From positions 1 to 29,599 of the forward strand of contig JAOTZF010000001.1 of assembly GCA_029861485.1 (NCBI GenBank): a stretch of 29,599 nt of DNA. Reading direction: 5' to 3'. Both the position numbers and the translations under genes were made by a program. Below are positions 7,686-16,393 of the stretch, piece by piece (the first letter of the stretch is position 1; each line of letters starts with the position of its first letter). The notes beneath the pieces were generated by a model that was given only the letters and a program-made list of their open reading frames with translations, did no database searches and was not told the DNA's origin. Source of the stretch: Thermoleophilia bacterium. GTDB taxonomy: Bacteria > Actinomycetota > Thermoleophilia > Miltoncostaeales > Miltoncostaeaceae.

Positions 7686-8041
7686 GCCCAGGCCGGTTCA
7701 TTTTGCTGGAGGACCCCTCAACCGTGATCCAAACGGGGCCGACCGGCAGATGGACTCCACCTCAACGCCACCCCCTCTGTCAATCACTGGTGGACCTGAC
7801 CCCCTCTCACGGACACCTGCTGACCGGAGAGAACCCGGCACGAAAGGGGCCCCCACGGCCCACGACTGCAACGCTGCTGATCTCGATGCCGTGATCGCCG
7901 CGCGACTGACGGGTGCGCCATCGGCTCGACGGCGAGTGGTTGATCGAACACGATCGCGGCTGTCCTGGCCCTGTCGAACACGCAGCGACAGCCGGGCCAC
8001 AGAGCCGAGGCCGCCTTTGCCACGCGTCGCGGAGGCAACCA

Positions 8042-8067
8042 AAGACCCCGTCTGAACGGCGTTCTCG
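8042..8067 (-). terminator. Possible imperfect terminator hairpin downstream of tRNA-Pro
   Basis: Minus strand GAGAACGCCGT-TCAG-ACGGGGTCTTT: 4-bp perfect core, mismatched extension, short U run. Confidence 0.3.
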
Positions 8068-8070
8068 TAG

Positions 8071-8144
8071 TCGGGGCGGCAGGATTTGAACCTGCGACCT
8101 TCCGGCCCCCAGCCGGATGCGCTACCAGGCTGCGCCACGCCCCG
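8071..8144 (-). tRNA. tRNA-Pro(GGG), CCA not encoded
   Basis: CGGGGCG/CGCCCCG acceptor stem, GCGC D-stem, TCCGG-CTGGGGG-CCGGA anticodon arm, GCAGG-TTCAAAT-CCTGC T-arm, discriminator A followed by CTA. Confidence 0.97.
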
Positions 8145-8153
8145 TTCCGGCCG

Positions 8154-8164
8154 AGGCTACCACA
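8154..8164 (-). promoter_or_regulatory. Extended -10 promoter element for tRNA-Pro
   Basis: TGTGGTAGCCT (TG-n-TAnnnT) ending 9 nt before the mature tRNA 5' end. Confidence 0.55.
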
Positions 8165-8177
8165 GGCCCCGCGGCAC

Positions 8178-9944
8178 TCACGGCAGGCTCTCCCAGAGCT
8201 CACGCACTGCGGTCGCGGTACCTGCCAGCGGTACCTGCTCGGCGCGCTGATCGGCCCTGACCTGGGCCTCGATCGGACCATCGGGAAGGGTCCGCTTTCC
8301 GATGGTCAGTCGCAACGGGCAACCGAGCAACTCGGCCTCCACGAACTTCTCGCCGGGCTTCACGTCCTCTCGGTCGTCATAGAGCACGTCGAGTTTCGCC
8401 TCTGTGAGCTCGACGAAGAGCCGGTCTGCCAGCTCCGCCTGCTCCGTCCCGGACGCCCCGATGAGAACGAGGTGCACGTCGAACGGCGCCAGCGGCTTCG
8501 GCCAGACGATGCCGGCGTCGTCGTTGCTCTGCTCGATCGCCGCGGCGGCGATTCGGGCGGGGCCGATCCCGTAGGAGCCCATGACGATCGGGCGCTCGTT
8601 GCCATCCTCGCCGAGATACGTCGCCCCAAGCGCCTCCGAGTAGCGGGTGCCCAGCTTGAAGATGTTGCCGAGCTCGATCACCTTCTCCAGCAGCAGCGGC
8701 TGGCCGTCGACCACGCTCAGCTCACCCTCGAGCACCTCCCGGATGTCCGCGGTCTCGGCGGTGAAGTCACGCCCGAGCACTGCGCCGCGCAGATGGACGC
8801 CCTCGCGATTGGCCCCAGTGACGTAGTGACCTCGAGCGATGGTCTCGTCGGCGATTACGCGCACGCCGTCGAGGCCGACCGGGCCGATGGAGCCCGGGGG
8901 GCAGCCGAACCACTGCTCGATCTCCTCGGGGTGCGCCGCGCGGTGGGGCCCGATGATCCTCGCGAGCTTCTTCTCGTGCACCTGATGCTCGCCACGGACG
9001 ATCGCGAGCACGGGGCCGTCGTCGTTCACGACGCACACGTTCTTCGAGAGTCGGGCCGCGGGAAGCCCGGTGAGTTGCACCAGCTGGTCGATGGAGCCGA
9101 CATCGGGGGTGTCGAATGGCTCGGGCTCGCCGGGCGTCTCGCCGAAGGCGGGCTCGTGCGCGACCGATACCGCCAGCTCGACGTTGGCCGCATAGCTCCC
9201 ATCGGCGGTTCGAGCGATGAGGTCTTCCCCGGCCGGGCTCGGGGCCATGTACTCGTGCGCCCCGCGGCCGCCCATCATGCCCGTATCGCTCTCCACGCGA
9301 TGCCACCTGACCCCACACCGATCGAAGATGCGCCGATAGGCGATCGAGTGCGCCTGGTAGGAGGCGTTAAGACCGGCGTCGTCGCGGTCGAACGAGTACG
9401 AGTCCTTCATCTGGAACTCGCGCACCCGCAGCAGCCCGCCCTTGGCCCGTGGCTCATCGCGGAGCTTGGTGTGGATCTGATACCAGGACTGAGGAAGGTC
9501 ACGGTAGCTCCGGAGCTCGCGCGCGGCGTGCCAGGTGATGATCTCCTCGTGAGTCATCGCGAGGACCATCGCCCGGCCCCCCCGATCTTCGAGGCCGAAC
9601 TGCTCATCCAACGGGTAGCGCCCGGTCTGCTCCCAGATCTCGGCGGGATGCAGCACCGGCATCATCAGCTCTTGGGCGCCGATCGCGTCCATCTCCTCGC
9701 GGATGATCCGGTTGATGCGCTCGAGGACCTTCAGGCCGAGCGGCAGGATCGTGTAGAGCCCCGCGGCGAGCTGACGCACCAACCCGGCGCGCACCATCAG
9801 CTTGTGGCTGATCGCCTCGGCATCAGCCGGGGGGTCGCGCAGGGTCGGCCAGAGCCGGCCGGACAGGCGCCACGAGCCCGCGACCGGAGCAGCGGGCATC
9901 GCCCAGCCCTCCGGGGCCTGAATGCTGTCCATCTCCTCGCTCAC
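8178..9944 (-). CDS. proS: Proline--tRNA ligase (bacterial type with INS editing domain)
   Basis: PTLRD...ISHKLMVRAG, LAMTHEE, RDEPRAKGGLLRVREF, editing insertion, GNIFKLGTRYS, MGSYGIG, C-terminal anticodon-binding domain. Start uncertain (GTG 9944 chosen; ATGs at 9932 and 9899). Confidence 0.96.
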   Translation of the reverse strand: MSEEMDSIQAPEGWAMPAAPVAGSWRLSGRLWPTLRDPPADAEAISHKLMVRAGLVRQLAAGLYTILPLGLKVLERINRIIREEMDAIGAQELMMPVLHPAEIWEQTGRYPLDEQFGLEDRGGRAMVLAMTHEEIITWHAARELRSYRDLPQSWYQIHTKLRDEPRAKGGLLRVREFQMKDSYSFDRDDAGLNASYQAHSIAYRRIFDRCGVRWHRVESDTGMMGGRGAHEYMAPSPAGEDLIARTADGSYAANVELAVSVAHEPAFGETPGEPEPFDTPDVGSIDQLVQLTGLPAARLSKNVCVVNDDGPVLAIVRGEHQVHEKKLARIIGPHRAAHPEEIEQWFGCPPGSIGPVGLDGVRVIADETIARGHYVTGANREGVHLRGAVLGRDFTAETADIREVLEGELSVVDGQPLLLEKVIELGNIFKLGTRYSEALGATYLGEDGNERPIVMGSYGIGPARIAAAAIEQSNDDAGIVWPKPLAPFDVHLVLIGASGTEQAELADRLFVELTEAKLDVLYDDREDVKPGEKFVEAELLGCPLRLTIGKRTLPDGPIEAQVRADQRAEQVPLAGTATAVRELWESLP

Positions 9945-9958
9945 AGCGAGGGACCCTC

Positions 9959-11014
9959 TCACATGCGGCCGTCGGTACCGGCCAGGAGGTCCGCCGCCCG
10001 TTCGGAGTCGGCAACCGCGTTGTAGATGAAGAACGACAGCCGTGCCCGTCCGGCCCGCACGGCGGCGGTCACTCCGCCCCGGAGCAGCGCCTCAGCCCTT
10101 GGGGTGTCCACGCTCACGATCGCGCTGTCCGACGGCGGCATGTTCAGACGCTCACGCAGGTGGTTCGCGAGGCTCACGCTGTGGGAGCGGATGCGCTCGC
10201 GATCCAAACCGGCAAAGAGCTCGAGCGTCGGAGCCGCGGCCGCCATCGCCTGCCATGGAGGCGAGACGTTGAAGCGCCTCGCGTCGGGCGCCAGGCGGAG
10301 CGGGGGCCCGTACAGCGTCTCCCAAGGGTCCTCACCGCTGTACCAGCCGGGGAATCGCGGCGTCAGCCAGTCGTCGTCCGGGTCGGTTGTGATGAAGCCT
10401 GTGCCACGCGGGCAGCAGAGCCACTTGTAGGCGCCACATGCGGTGATGTCGAAGCGCTTGAGATCCAGCGGGAGCCAGCCGACGGCCTGGGTCACGTCGA
10501 GGTAGGTCCTGGCCTTGGCCTTACGTGCCGCCTCCGCGAGCCGGTCGGTGTCGATGACCCGGCCGTCGGCCGACTGGACGGCGCTTACAGCCACGAGGTC
10601 GTCGCGCGGGTCGATCTCATCGATGAGCCTCTGCAGGGGCACTGTGCGAACCCGTAGCCGCGAATCGGCCAGGAACGGGAACAGCAGCGAGGTGAAGTCC
10701 TCGCGCGCGGCAAGCACCCGGGCGCCCGCCGGAAGCGATGAGGCCACGAGCCCCGAGGCGACCGACACCTGGCTGATGATCGCGACCCACGAGGTGGGCA
10801 CCTCCACCAGGCGGGCGTAAGCCGACCGCGAGCGCTCGACATCCGCATCGAAGGCCGGAATCAGCTTGCTGCCGTTCTCCCACACCCTGAGGTGCTCGTG
10901 AAGAGCGCTCAGTCCCACCTTCGGAGGCAGTCCGACCGAGGCGGTGTTGAGGTAACCGGGGCCGGCCGAGAACTGCTGGCGCACGACCTCGTCGAGGGAC
11001 TCCACCGGATCCAC
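9959..11014 (-). CDS. Aminotransferase class V-fold PLP-dependent enzyme
   Basis: YLNTASVG, DVTQAVG (PLP Asp), CGAYKWLCCPRGTG (Schiff-base Lys), RLSFFIYN C-terminus. Confidence 0.88.
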   Translation of the reverse strand: MDPVESLDEVVRQQFSAGPGYLNTASVGLPPKVGLSALHEHLRVWENGSKLIPAFDADVERSRSAYARLVEVPTSWVAIISQVSVASGLVASSLPAGARVLAAREDFTSLLFPFLADSRLRVRTVPLQRLIDEIDPRDDLVAVSAVQSADGRVIDTDRLAEAARKAKARTYLDVTQAVGWLPLDLKRFDITACGAYKWLCCPRGTGFITTDPDDDWLTPRFPGWYSGEDPWETLYGPPLRLAPDARRFNVSPPWQAMAAAAPTLELFAGLDRERIRSHSVSLANHLRERLNMPPSDSAIVSVDTPRAEALLRGGVTAAVRAGRARLSFFIYNAVADSERAADLLAGTDGRM

Positions 11015-11028
11015 GCGGCGATCCGACC

Positions 11029-12255
11029 TCAGGAGACGGCGGCAGACGAGTAGGTCCGCTCCACGTACTCCTCGACCATGGCGATGAAGTCCTCGGCGAG
11101 CGTCGGGCCGTGCAGGGTCGCCACCTTCTCCCCGTCCACGTACACCGGCGCCCGCGGCTGCTCGCCCGTGCCCGGCAGGCTAATGCCGATGTTCGCGGCC
11201 CGACTCTCCCCCGGCCCGTTCACGACGCAGCCCATGACCGCCACCGTCATCTCGGCGACGGCGGGACGATCGCGCTTCCACGCCGGCATCCGCGCGTCGA
11301 GGTGGGCTTGGATCTCCTCGGCCAGCTCCTGAAAGACGGTGCTCGTCGTGCGACCGCACCCCGGGCAGGCCGTGACCTGCGGCCGAAAGGCCCTCAAGCC
11401 AAGACTCTGGAGCAGCTCGTGGCACACTCGGACCTCGAGCGTGCGATCGCCGCCGGGCTCCGGTGTCAAACTGGCGCGAATCGTATCTCCGATGCCCTGC
11501 TGCAGCAGGATCGAGAGCGCCGCCGAGGTCGCGACGATACCTTTGGCCCCCATCCCGGCCTCCGTCAGACCGAGATGCAGCGGATAGTCGCAGCGCCGGG
11601 CGAGTTCCTCGTAGACGGCGACCATGTCCTGCAGCCGGCTGACCTTGCAGCTGATGACGATGCGGTCCGACGGGAGGCCGATCTCCTCGGCAGCTGCGGC
11701 GGAGCTTAGGGCGCTTTCCACGAGTGCACGCCGCACGACGAGCTCCGCGTCCTTAGGTTCGGACAGGCCGGCGTTCTCGTCCATGAGGCGATCGAGCAGC
11801 TCGGGATCGAGCGAGCCGGCGTTGACCCCGATCCGCACGGGCTTCGCGAAGCGAATGGCCGTCTCGATCATGGTCGCGAAGTTCTCGTCGTGGCGCGCAC
11901 CGCGCCCGACGTTGCCCGGATTGATGCGCAGCTTGTCGAGTGCCTCCGCGCAGTCGGGCACCTCGGTCAGCAGGCGGTGTCCGGTGAAGTGGAAGTCGCC
12001 GACCAGCGGCACGGTCACCCCGTCGGCGCAGAGGCGCTCCCGGATCTCCGGCACCGCGCGCGCCGCTTCCCGGGTGTTTACGGTGATCCGGACGATCTCC
12101 GAGCCTGCCTCGGCGAGCGCGGTCACCTGGTCCGCGGTAGACCCGATGTCGGCGGTGTCGGTGTTGGTCATGGACTGCACGACGACCGGGGCGCCACCGC
12201 CCAGCGCGACGCCGCCGACGTCGCAGGCATGGCTTGTGCGCGTTGAGCGTGCCAA
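11029..12255 (-). CDS. ispG: (E)-4-hydroxy-3-methylbut-2-enyl-diphosphate synthase
   Basis: [47 protein letters not shown], [4Fe-4S] ligands CPGCGRT and [12 protein letters not shown] start. Confidence 0.97.
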   Translation of the reverse strand: MARSTRTSHACDVGGVALGGGAPVVVQSMTNTDTADIGSTADQVTALAEAGSEIVRITVNTREAARAVPEIRERLCADGVTVPLVGDFHFTGHRLLTEVPDCAEALDKLRINPGNVGRGARHDENFATMIETAIRFAKPVRIGVNAGSLDPELLDRLMDENAGLSEPKDAELVVRRALVESALSSAAAAEEIGLPSDRIVISCKVSRLQDMVAVYEELARRCDYPLHLGLTEAGMGAKGIVATSAALSILLQQGIGDTIRASLTPEPGGDRTLEVRVCHELLQSLGLRAFRPQVTACPGCGRTTSTVFQELAEEIQAHLDARMPAWKRDRPAVAEMTVAVMGCVVNGPGESRAANIGISLPGTGEQPRAPVYVDGEKVATLHGPTLAEDFIAMVEEYVERTYSSAAVS

Positions 12256-12285
12256 CGGGCCGATCCTACTCCGGCGCGCCGGGGA

Positions 12286-13401
12286 TCAGCGCCCGAGCTC
12301 CTCCGCGATGTTGCCGCCCCGGATCAACTCGATGTCGTTCTGCAGGATGTAGAGAAAGGCCAGCACTACGAGGATGATCCCAAACAAGGCGATCCGCTCG
12401 TAGACCTTCCCGGGCAGCGGTTTGCCCATGATCCGCTCGGTGAGCGCGATCACGATGTGCCCCCCGTCGAGCGGCAAGATGGGCAAGAGGTTGAAGACGC
12501 CGAGCGCGAAGCTGATCGCCCCGAGGAACGCGATGATCGTGATGAGGCCGTCATCGGCCACGACGTCGAAGATCGCGCCAGCCCCCACGACGGAGTTCAC
12601 CTGCTGGCGTGCTTCCTCCTCGAAGATCAGGCGCTTGAAGAGATCGCCATATGCCTCGGTCAGCAGGACCATGCGATCCCACCCGAAATCCAGGCCGTCG
12701 ATCGGACCGAGATTCGTGCGCCCCTCCTCAGGAATCTGCGCGAAGGTGAAACCCAGCTGGCCGCGCCCGAGCTCCTCGTTGATGACAACGGGCGCAACCG
12801 CTCCCGTGAGCTGCTCACCATCACGCTCGTACACCACCTCGATCGTCGTGCCGACGTTCTCCTGGATCTGGTACCGGATCCCTTCGACGATGCCGGGCTC
12901 AGCGCGAACGTTGTTCACCGAGATCAAGCGGTCGCCCGGCTCGAGACCGAGCTGCGCGGCGGGCGTGGGCTCGCCGTCGACGCTGGTGGTCACGGCCGCG
13001 ACCTCGTTTGCCAGCGAGAAGTTCGGGGTGCCGATCCAGGCGATCGCCGCGAAGGCGATGAACGCCACGACGATGTTTACGGCCGGCCCCGCGAGGATCG
13101 TGGCGATGCGTCTGCCGGTGGTGGCGTTGTAGTACGTACGCGCCTCGTCCTCGGGCGGGACGTCCTCGCTCCGCGTCATCCCGGTGATCTTCACGTAGCC
13201 CCCGAGCGGCAGCCAGCCGATGCCGTACTCGGTCTCGCCGCGCTGAAACGACGTGATCGGCCGGCCGAAGAAGATCGAAAAGCGCTCGACCTTCATGCCC
13301 GACCACTTCGCGACCACCAGGTGCCCGAGCTCGTGAACGAGCACGAGGAACATCAGGATCGCAACGAACAGCCCGATGTCCAGAATGCTGTCCACGCTCA
13401 T
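12286..13401 (-). CDS. rseP: RIP metalloprotease RseP (M50, PDZ)
   Basis: VHELGH, ILAGPAVN, PDZ-like LEPGDRLISVN, NLLPILPLDGGH. Confidence 0.95.
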   Translation of the reverse strand: MSVDSILDIGLFVAILMFLVLVHELGHLVVAKWSGMKVERFSIFFGRPITSFQRGETEYGIGWLPLGGYVKITGMTRSEDVPPEDEARTYYNATTGRRIATILAGPAVNIVVAFIAFAAIAWIGTPNFSLANEVAAVTTSVDGEPTPAAQLGLEPGDRLISVNNVRAEPGIVEGIRYQIQENVGTTIEVVYERDGEQLTGAVAPVVINEELGRGQLGFTFAQIPEEGRTNLGPIDGLDFGWDRMVLLTEAYGDLFKRLIFEEEARQQVNSVVGAGAIFDVVADDGLITIIAFLGAISFALGVFNLLPILPLDGGHIVIALTERIMGKPLPGKVYERIALFGIILVVLAFLYILQNDIELIRGGNIAEELGR

Positions 13402-14516
13402 CGACCGGCTTCCGCCAAACCTGCAAGGCTGCCCTTCGCGGCCTCCCGGCCGCGTGCATCGGCCTCAAGCACGGTGTCTAGGTCGCGCGCGGGACCGGCG
13501 TGCACCGCGCCCAGCGTGGCCGCCACCACGCGAGGGATGTCGCCGAACGGCAGCCGGTTGTCGAGGAAGGCCTGTACTGCCACCTCGTTGGCCGCATTCA
13601 TGATCGTGGGCGCCGTGCCCCCGGCCTCACCTGCGGCGCGGGCAATGGCAAGACATGGGAATGCTTCGGCATCCGGGACATGAAACGTGAGCTCGCGCCC
13701 CACGAGGTCGAAACGCGGCCCCTCCGGCGGCGCCTGCGGATGGCGCAGCGCATAGCCGATCGGAATGCGCATGTCCGGCGGACCGGCATGGGTCAGCAGG
13801 CTGCCGTCGACCAGACGGACCATGGCGTGAATCACCGACTGCGGATGCACGACCACCTCGATTCGGTCATACGGCAGCCCGAACAGGTGATGGGCCTCGA
13901 TGATCTCGAGCCCCTTGTTCATCATCGTCGCCGAGTCGATCGTTATCTTGGCGCCCATGCTCCACGTCGGATGCGCGAGGGCTTGGTCGGGTGTCGCATC
14001 GGCGATCTGCGCGGCTGAGCGACCTCGAAACGGGCCCCCCGAGGCCGTCAGGACGCCCGCCGCCACCTGATCCTCCGACACACCCATGAGCAGCTGGAAG
14101 AGCGCCGAATGCTCCGAGTCGACGGGTATGAGCGCCGCACCGCTGCGCTTGCGTGCCGCCGCCACCAGATCGCCGCCCACGACCAGGCTCTCCTTGTTTG
14201 CGAGTGCGACGGGCAGGCCACGCTCCAGCGCCGCCAGCGTAGGCTGCAGCCCGACGGCACCGACGATGGCATTCAGGACGAGATCCGGCTGGGAGGCCTC
14301 GATCAGCGGCGCGAGATCCGGCGCGTACGGCACCGTGCCACCGCCTGCCGCGCAGCTGGTGTGGACGATGCCGCGATCTGCCGCTTGGGCCGCCATGGCG
14401 TCATGACGGACAGCACAACTGAGGCCGCAGGCGACGAGGTCTTCGGCTGCATCGATGACGTCGAGTGCCTGGACTCCGATCGACCCGGTCGAGCCGAGGA
14501 CGAGGACGCGTTTCAC
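13398..14516 (-). CDS. dxr: 1-deoxy-D-xylulose-5-phosphate reductoisomerase
   Basis: VLGSTGSIG, LANKESLV, PVDSEHSA, HPTWSMGAKITIDSATMMNKGLEIIEA. Start placed at GTG 14516. Confidence 0.97.
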   Translation of the reverse strand: MKRVLVLGSTGSIGVQALDVIDAAEDLVACGLSCAVRHDAMAAQAADRGIVHTSCAAGGGTVPYAPDLAPLIEASQPDLVLNAIVGAVGLQPTLAALERGLPVALANKESLVVGGDLVAAARKRSGAALIPVDSEHSALFQLLMGVSEDQVAAGVLTASGGPFRGRSAAQIADATPDQALAHPTWSMGAKITIDSATMMNKGLEIIEAHHLFGLPYDRIEVVVHPQSVIHAMVRLVDGSLLTHAGPPDMRIPIGYALRHPQAPPEGPRFDLVGRELTFHVPDAEAFPCLAIARAAGEAGGTAPTIMNAANEVAVQAFLDNRLPFGDIPRVVAATLGAVHAGPARDLDTVLEADARGREAAKGSLAGLAEAGR

Positions 14517-14544
14517 CTCGTCCGAGTGTAGTGCCGTTGGCGGG

Positions 14545-15576
14545 CTACCCGTCCTGAACCAGCACCTGCGCGGTCTCGCAGAACGCCACGACGAGATCCA
14601 CGCACGCGTCCAGATCATCCGGGTGGCACGCCTCGACCACCTGGTGAACGTAGCGCGCAGGAATGGACACGGCCCCCGCGATCGCCCCGTCGCCGGCGAG
14701 CTGAAGCTCACGGGTGTCCGTACCGCCCCTCGGCATCACCTCGAGCTGATACGGGATCCCTCGCTCCTCGGCAAGTGCCACGAGGTGGTCGACCACGGCG
14801 GTGGGAACGATCGCGCTGCGATCGAAGACTTTGATCGCCGCGCCGTCCCCGACGCTCGTCACGCGCTGATGGGGCTTGGCGTCCGGCCCGTCGTTGGCGA
14901 GCGTGATGTCGATGGCAAGGCCGAGGTGCGGCCTCACCCGCGAGGCCGCGACGCGGGCACCCCGCATGCCGACCTCCTCCTGCACCGTCGCCGCCGCGTG
15001 GATGTCGCAGGCGTGCTCGCCGAGACGCTTCACGGCCTCGATCATCACGTAGAGGCCCGCGCGGTTGTCAAGGCTCTTTCCGCTCACCAGGTCGCCGATG
15101 TCATCCAGGCTCCGCTCGCGCGTGACCCGGTCGCCGGGACGCACCAGCTCGCGTACCCGCTCCTCGGGCAGCCCAAGGTCCACATAGAAGTCCTCGACCT
15201 TCGCCGGCCGGCGTTTCTCCTCGTCGGTCATGAGGTGTACGGGCTTCGCGCCCATCACCCCGAGCAGATCGTCCCTTCCGTGTACCAGCACCCGCTGGGC
15301 CGTGAGGGTTTTCGGATCGAAGCCGCCCAGGGTGAGCACCCGAAGGAAGCCGCCCTCCTCGATGTGGCTGACGATGAACCCGATCTCGTCGGCGTGAGCC
15401 GCGAGCAGCAGTCGCGGGCCGTCGCCCGCGAGCCGCGCGACCGCGCCACCGAGGGGGTCGGTCACGAATTCGTCGGCTACTGGCTCCAGCTCGTCACGGA
15501 CGAGTTGGATGACATCGCTCTCCTTGCCCGGAGCACCCGACGCGGCGCAGAGACGCTTGAGCAAATCGCGATTCAC
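14545..15576 (-). CDS. M42 family metallopeptidase (TET-like aminopeptidase)
   Basis: AAHADEIG, KSLDNRAG, QEEVGMRGA, AIDIT, GGTD, RYVH metal-site motifs. Confidence 0.92.
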   Translation of the reverse strand: MNRDLLKRLCAASGAPGKESDVIQLVRDELEPVADEFVTDPLGGAVARLAGDGPRLLLAAHADEIGFIVSHIEEGGFLRVLTLGGFDPKTLTAQRVLVHGRDDLLGVMGAKPVHLMTDEEKRRPAKVEDFYVDLGLPEERVRELVRPGDRVTRERSLDDIGDLVSGKSLDNRAGLYVMIEAVKRLGEHACDIHAAATVQEEVGMRGARVAASRVRPHLGLAIDITLANDGPDAKPHQRVTSVGDGAAIKVFDRSAIVPTAVVDHLVALAEERGIPYQLEVMPRGGTDTRELQLAGDGAIAGAVSIPARYVHQVVEACHPDDLDACVDLVVAFCETAQVLVQDG

Positions 15577-15604
15577 GGGGCCCGACCCTACGTGACCCGC
15601 CGCC

Positions 15605-16393
15605 TCATAGCACCAACCACACCGTGATGAGGTATCCCGGGATTACCGAGAAGAGCAAAGCGTCGAATCTGTCGAGCACGCCGCCGTGGCCGAGCAGAAG
15701 CGTGCCGGAGTCTTTGACATGCGCATCGCGCTTCAAACGCGATTCGAAGAGGTCTCCGAGGTATGCCGCGCCGCAGATGGCGGCTCCGAGCACGACGGAC
15801 TCCAGATGCCCGATCCAGTCCATGTAGAGGCCCGCGACCCAAACGGCCAGCACACCGACCACGAACCCGACGACGAAACCCTCCACGGTCTTGTGCGGCG
15901 AGATGTTGGGGGCGATGGGCCGCCGCCCCCACAGCTTGCCGCCGAAGTACGAGGCGGTATCGAACACCCACGTGCCGACGAGCACGTTGATCACCGCGGC
16001 GTCACCGACCTCGAGCCGCCGCAACAGCACCAAGACGGCGAGCGGCGCCCCGAGGTAGAGCACTCCGAGCGCGGTGACGCCCAGGCGCGAGACCAGGTGC
16101 TTACCACCGGGCACCAGCACGGCGGCGAGTGCCAGGCAGCCGAGGGTCGCGCCCAGCCCGAGCACCATCGCCCGCTCAGGCGGGGAAACCGTGCCCGCGA
16201 AAACGACGGTCGCCGCAACCCCGACGTAGCCCGCCCAGCGGAGCGGCCGGTATGGGTCTGCGACCCGGTAGAACTCGAACAGCCCGATCAGCGAGATGAT
16301 CAGCGCGAGGCCGATGAAGAGCGGCCCACCCAGGGCGACCGCGAGCAGGACGGCGATCACCCCCGGGATCGCGACGATGAGGCGCGTGGTCAT
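15605..16393 (-). CDS. cdsA: Phosphatidate cytidylyltransferase
   Basis: Multi-TM; SPHKTVEG and GDLFESRLKRDAHVKDSGTLLLGHGGVLDRFD signature. Confidence 0.95.
   Translation of the reverse strand: MTTRLIVAIPGVIAVLLAVALGGPLFIGLALIISLIGLFEFYRVADPYRPLRWAGYVGVAATVVFAGTVSPPERAMVLGLGATLGCLALAAVLVPGGKHLVSRLGVTALGVLYLGAPLAVLVLLRRLEVGDAAVINVLVGTWVFDTASYFGGKLWGRRPIAPNISPHKTVEGFVVGFVVGVLAVWVAGLYMDWIGHLESVVLGAAICGAAYLGDLFESRLKRDAHVKDSGTLLLGHGGVLDRFDALLFSVIPGYLITVWLVL

Larger units (their letters stand above)
6411..7700 (+). mobile_element. IS3-family insertion sequence (IS51/IS6110-like ends), 1,290 bp
   Basis: IRL TGAACCGGCCTGGGGGTGATGGAGGC and IRR (reverse complement) TGAACCGGCCTGGGCTTAGTGGAGAC, 21/26 identical, TG...CA ends. 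orfA/orfB overlap in the -1 frame. Confidence 0.95.

Noticed and set aside
7522-8138. ORFs 7522..8055(+), 7698..8138(-) and 7784..8281(-) as an integrase remnant
   Set aside because: No R-H-x-x-R-H-Y or serine recombinase motifs; they overlap the IS end and the tRNA.
8472-10025. 517-aa plus-strand ORF and similar long antisense ORFs (12457..13683, 14455..15627, 17142..18191, 20692..21567)
   Set aside because: Antisense shadows of proS, rseP, the M42 gene, frr/pyrH and rluD caused by GC3 bias; no independent motifs.
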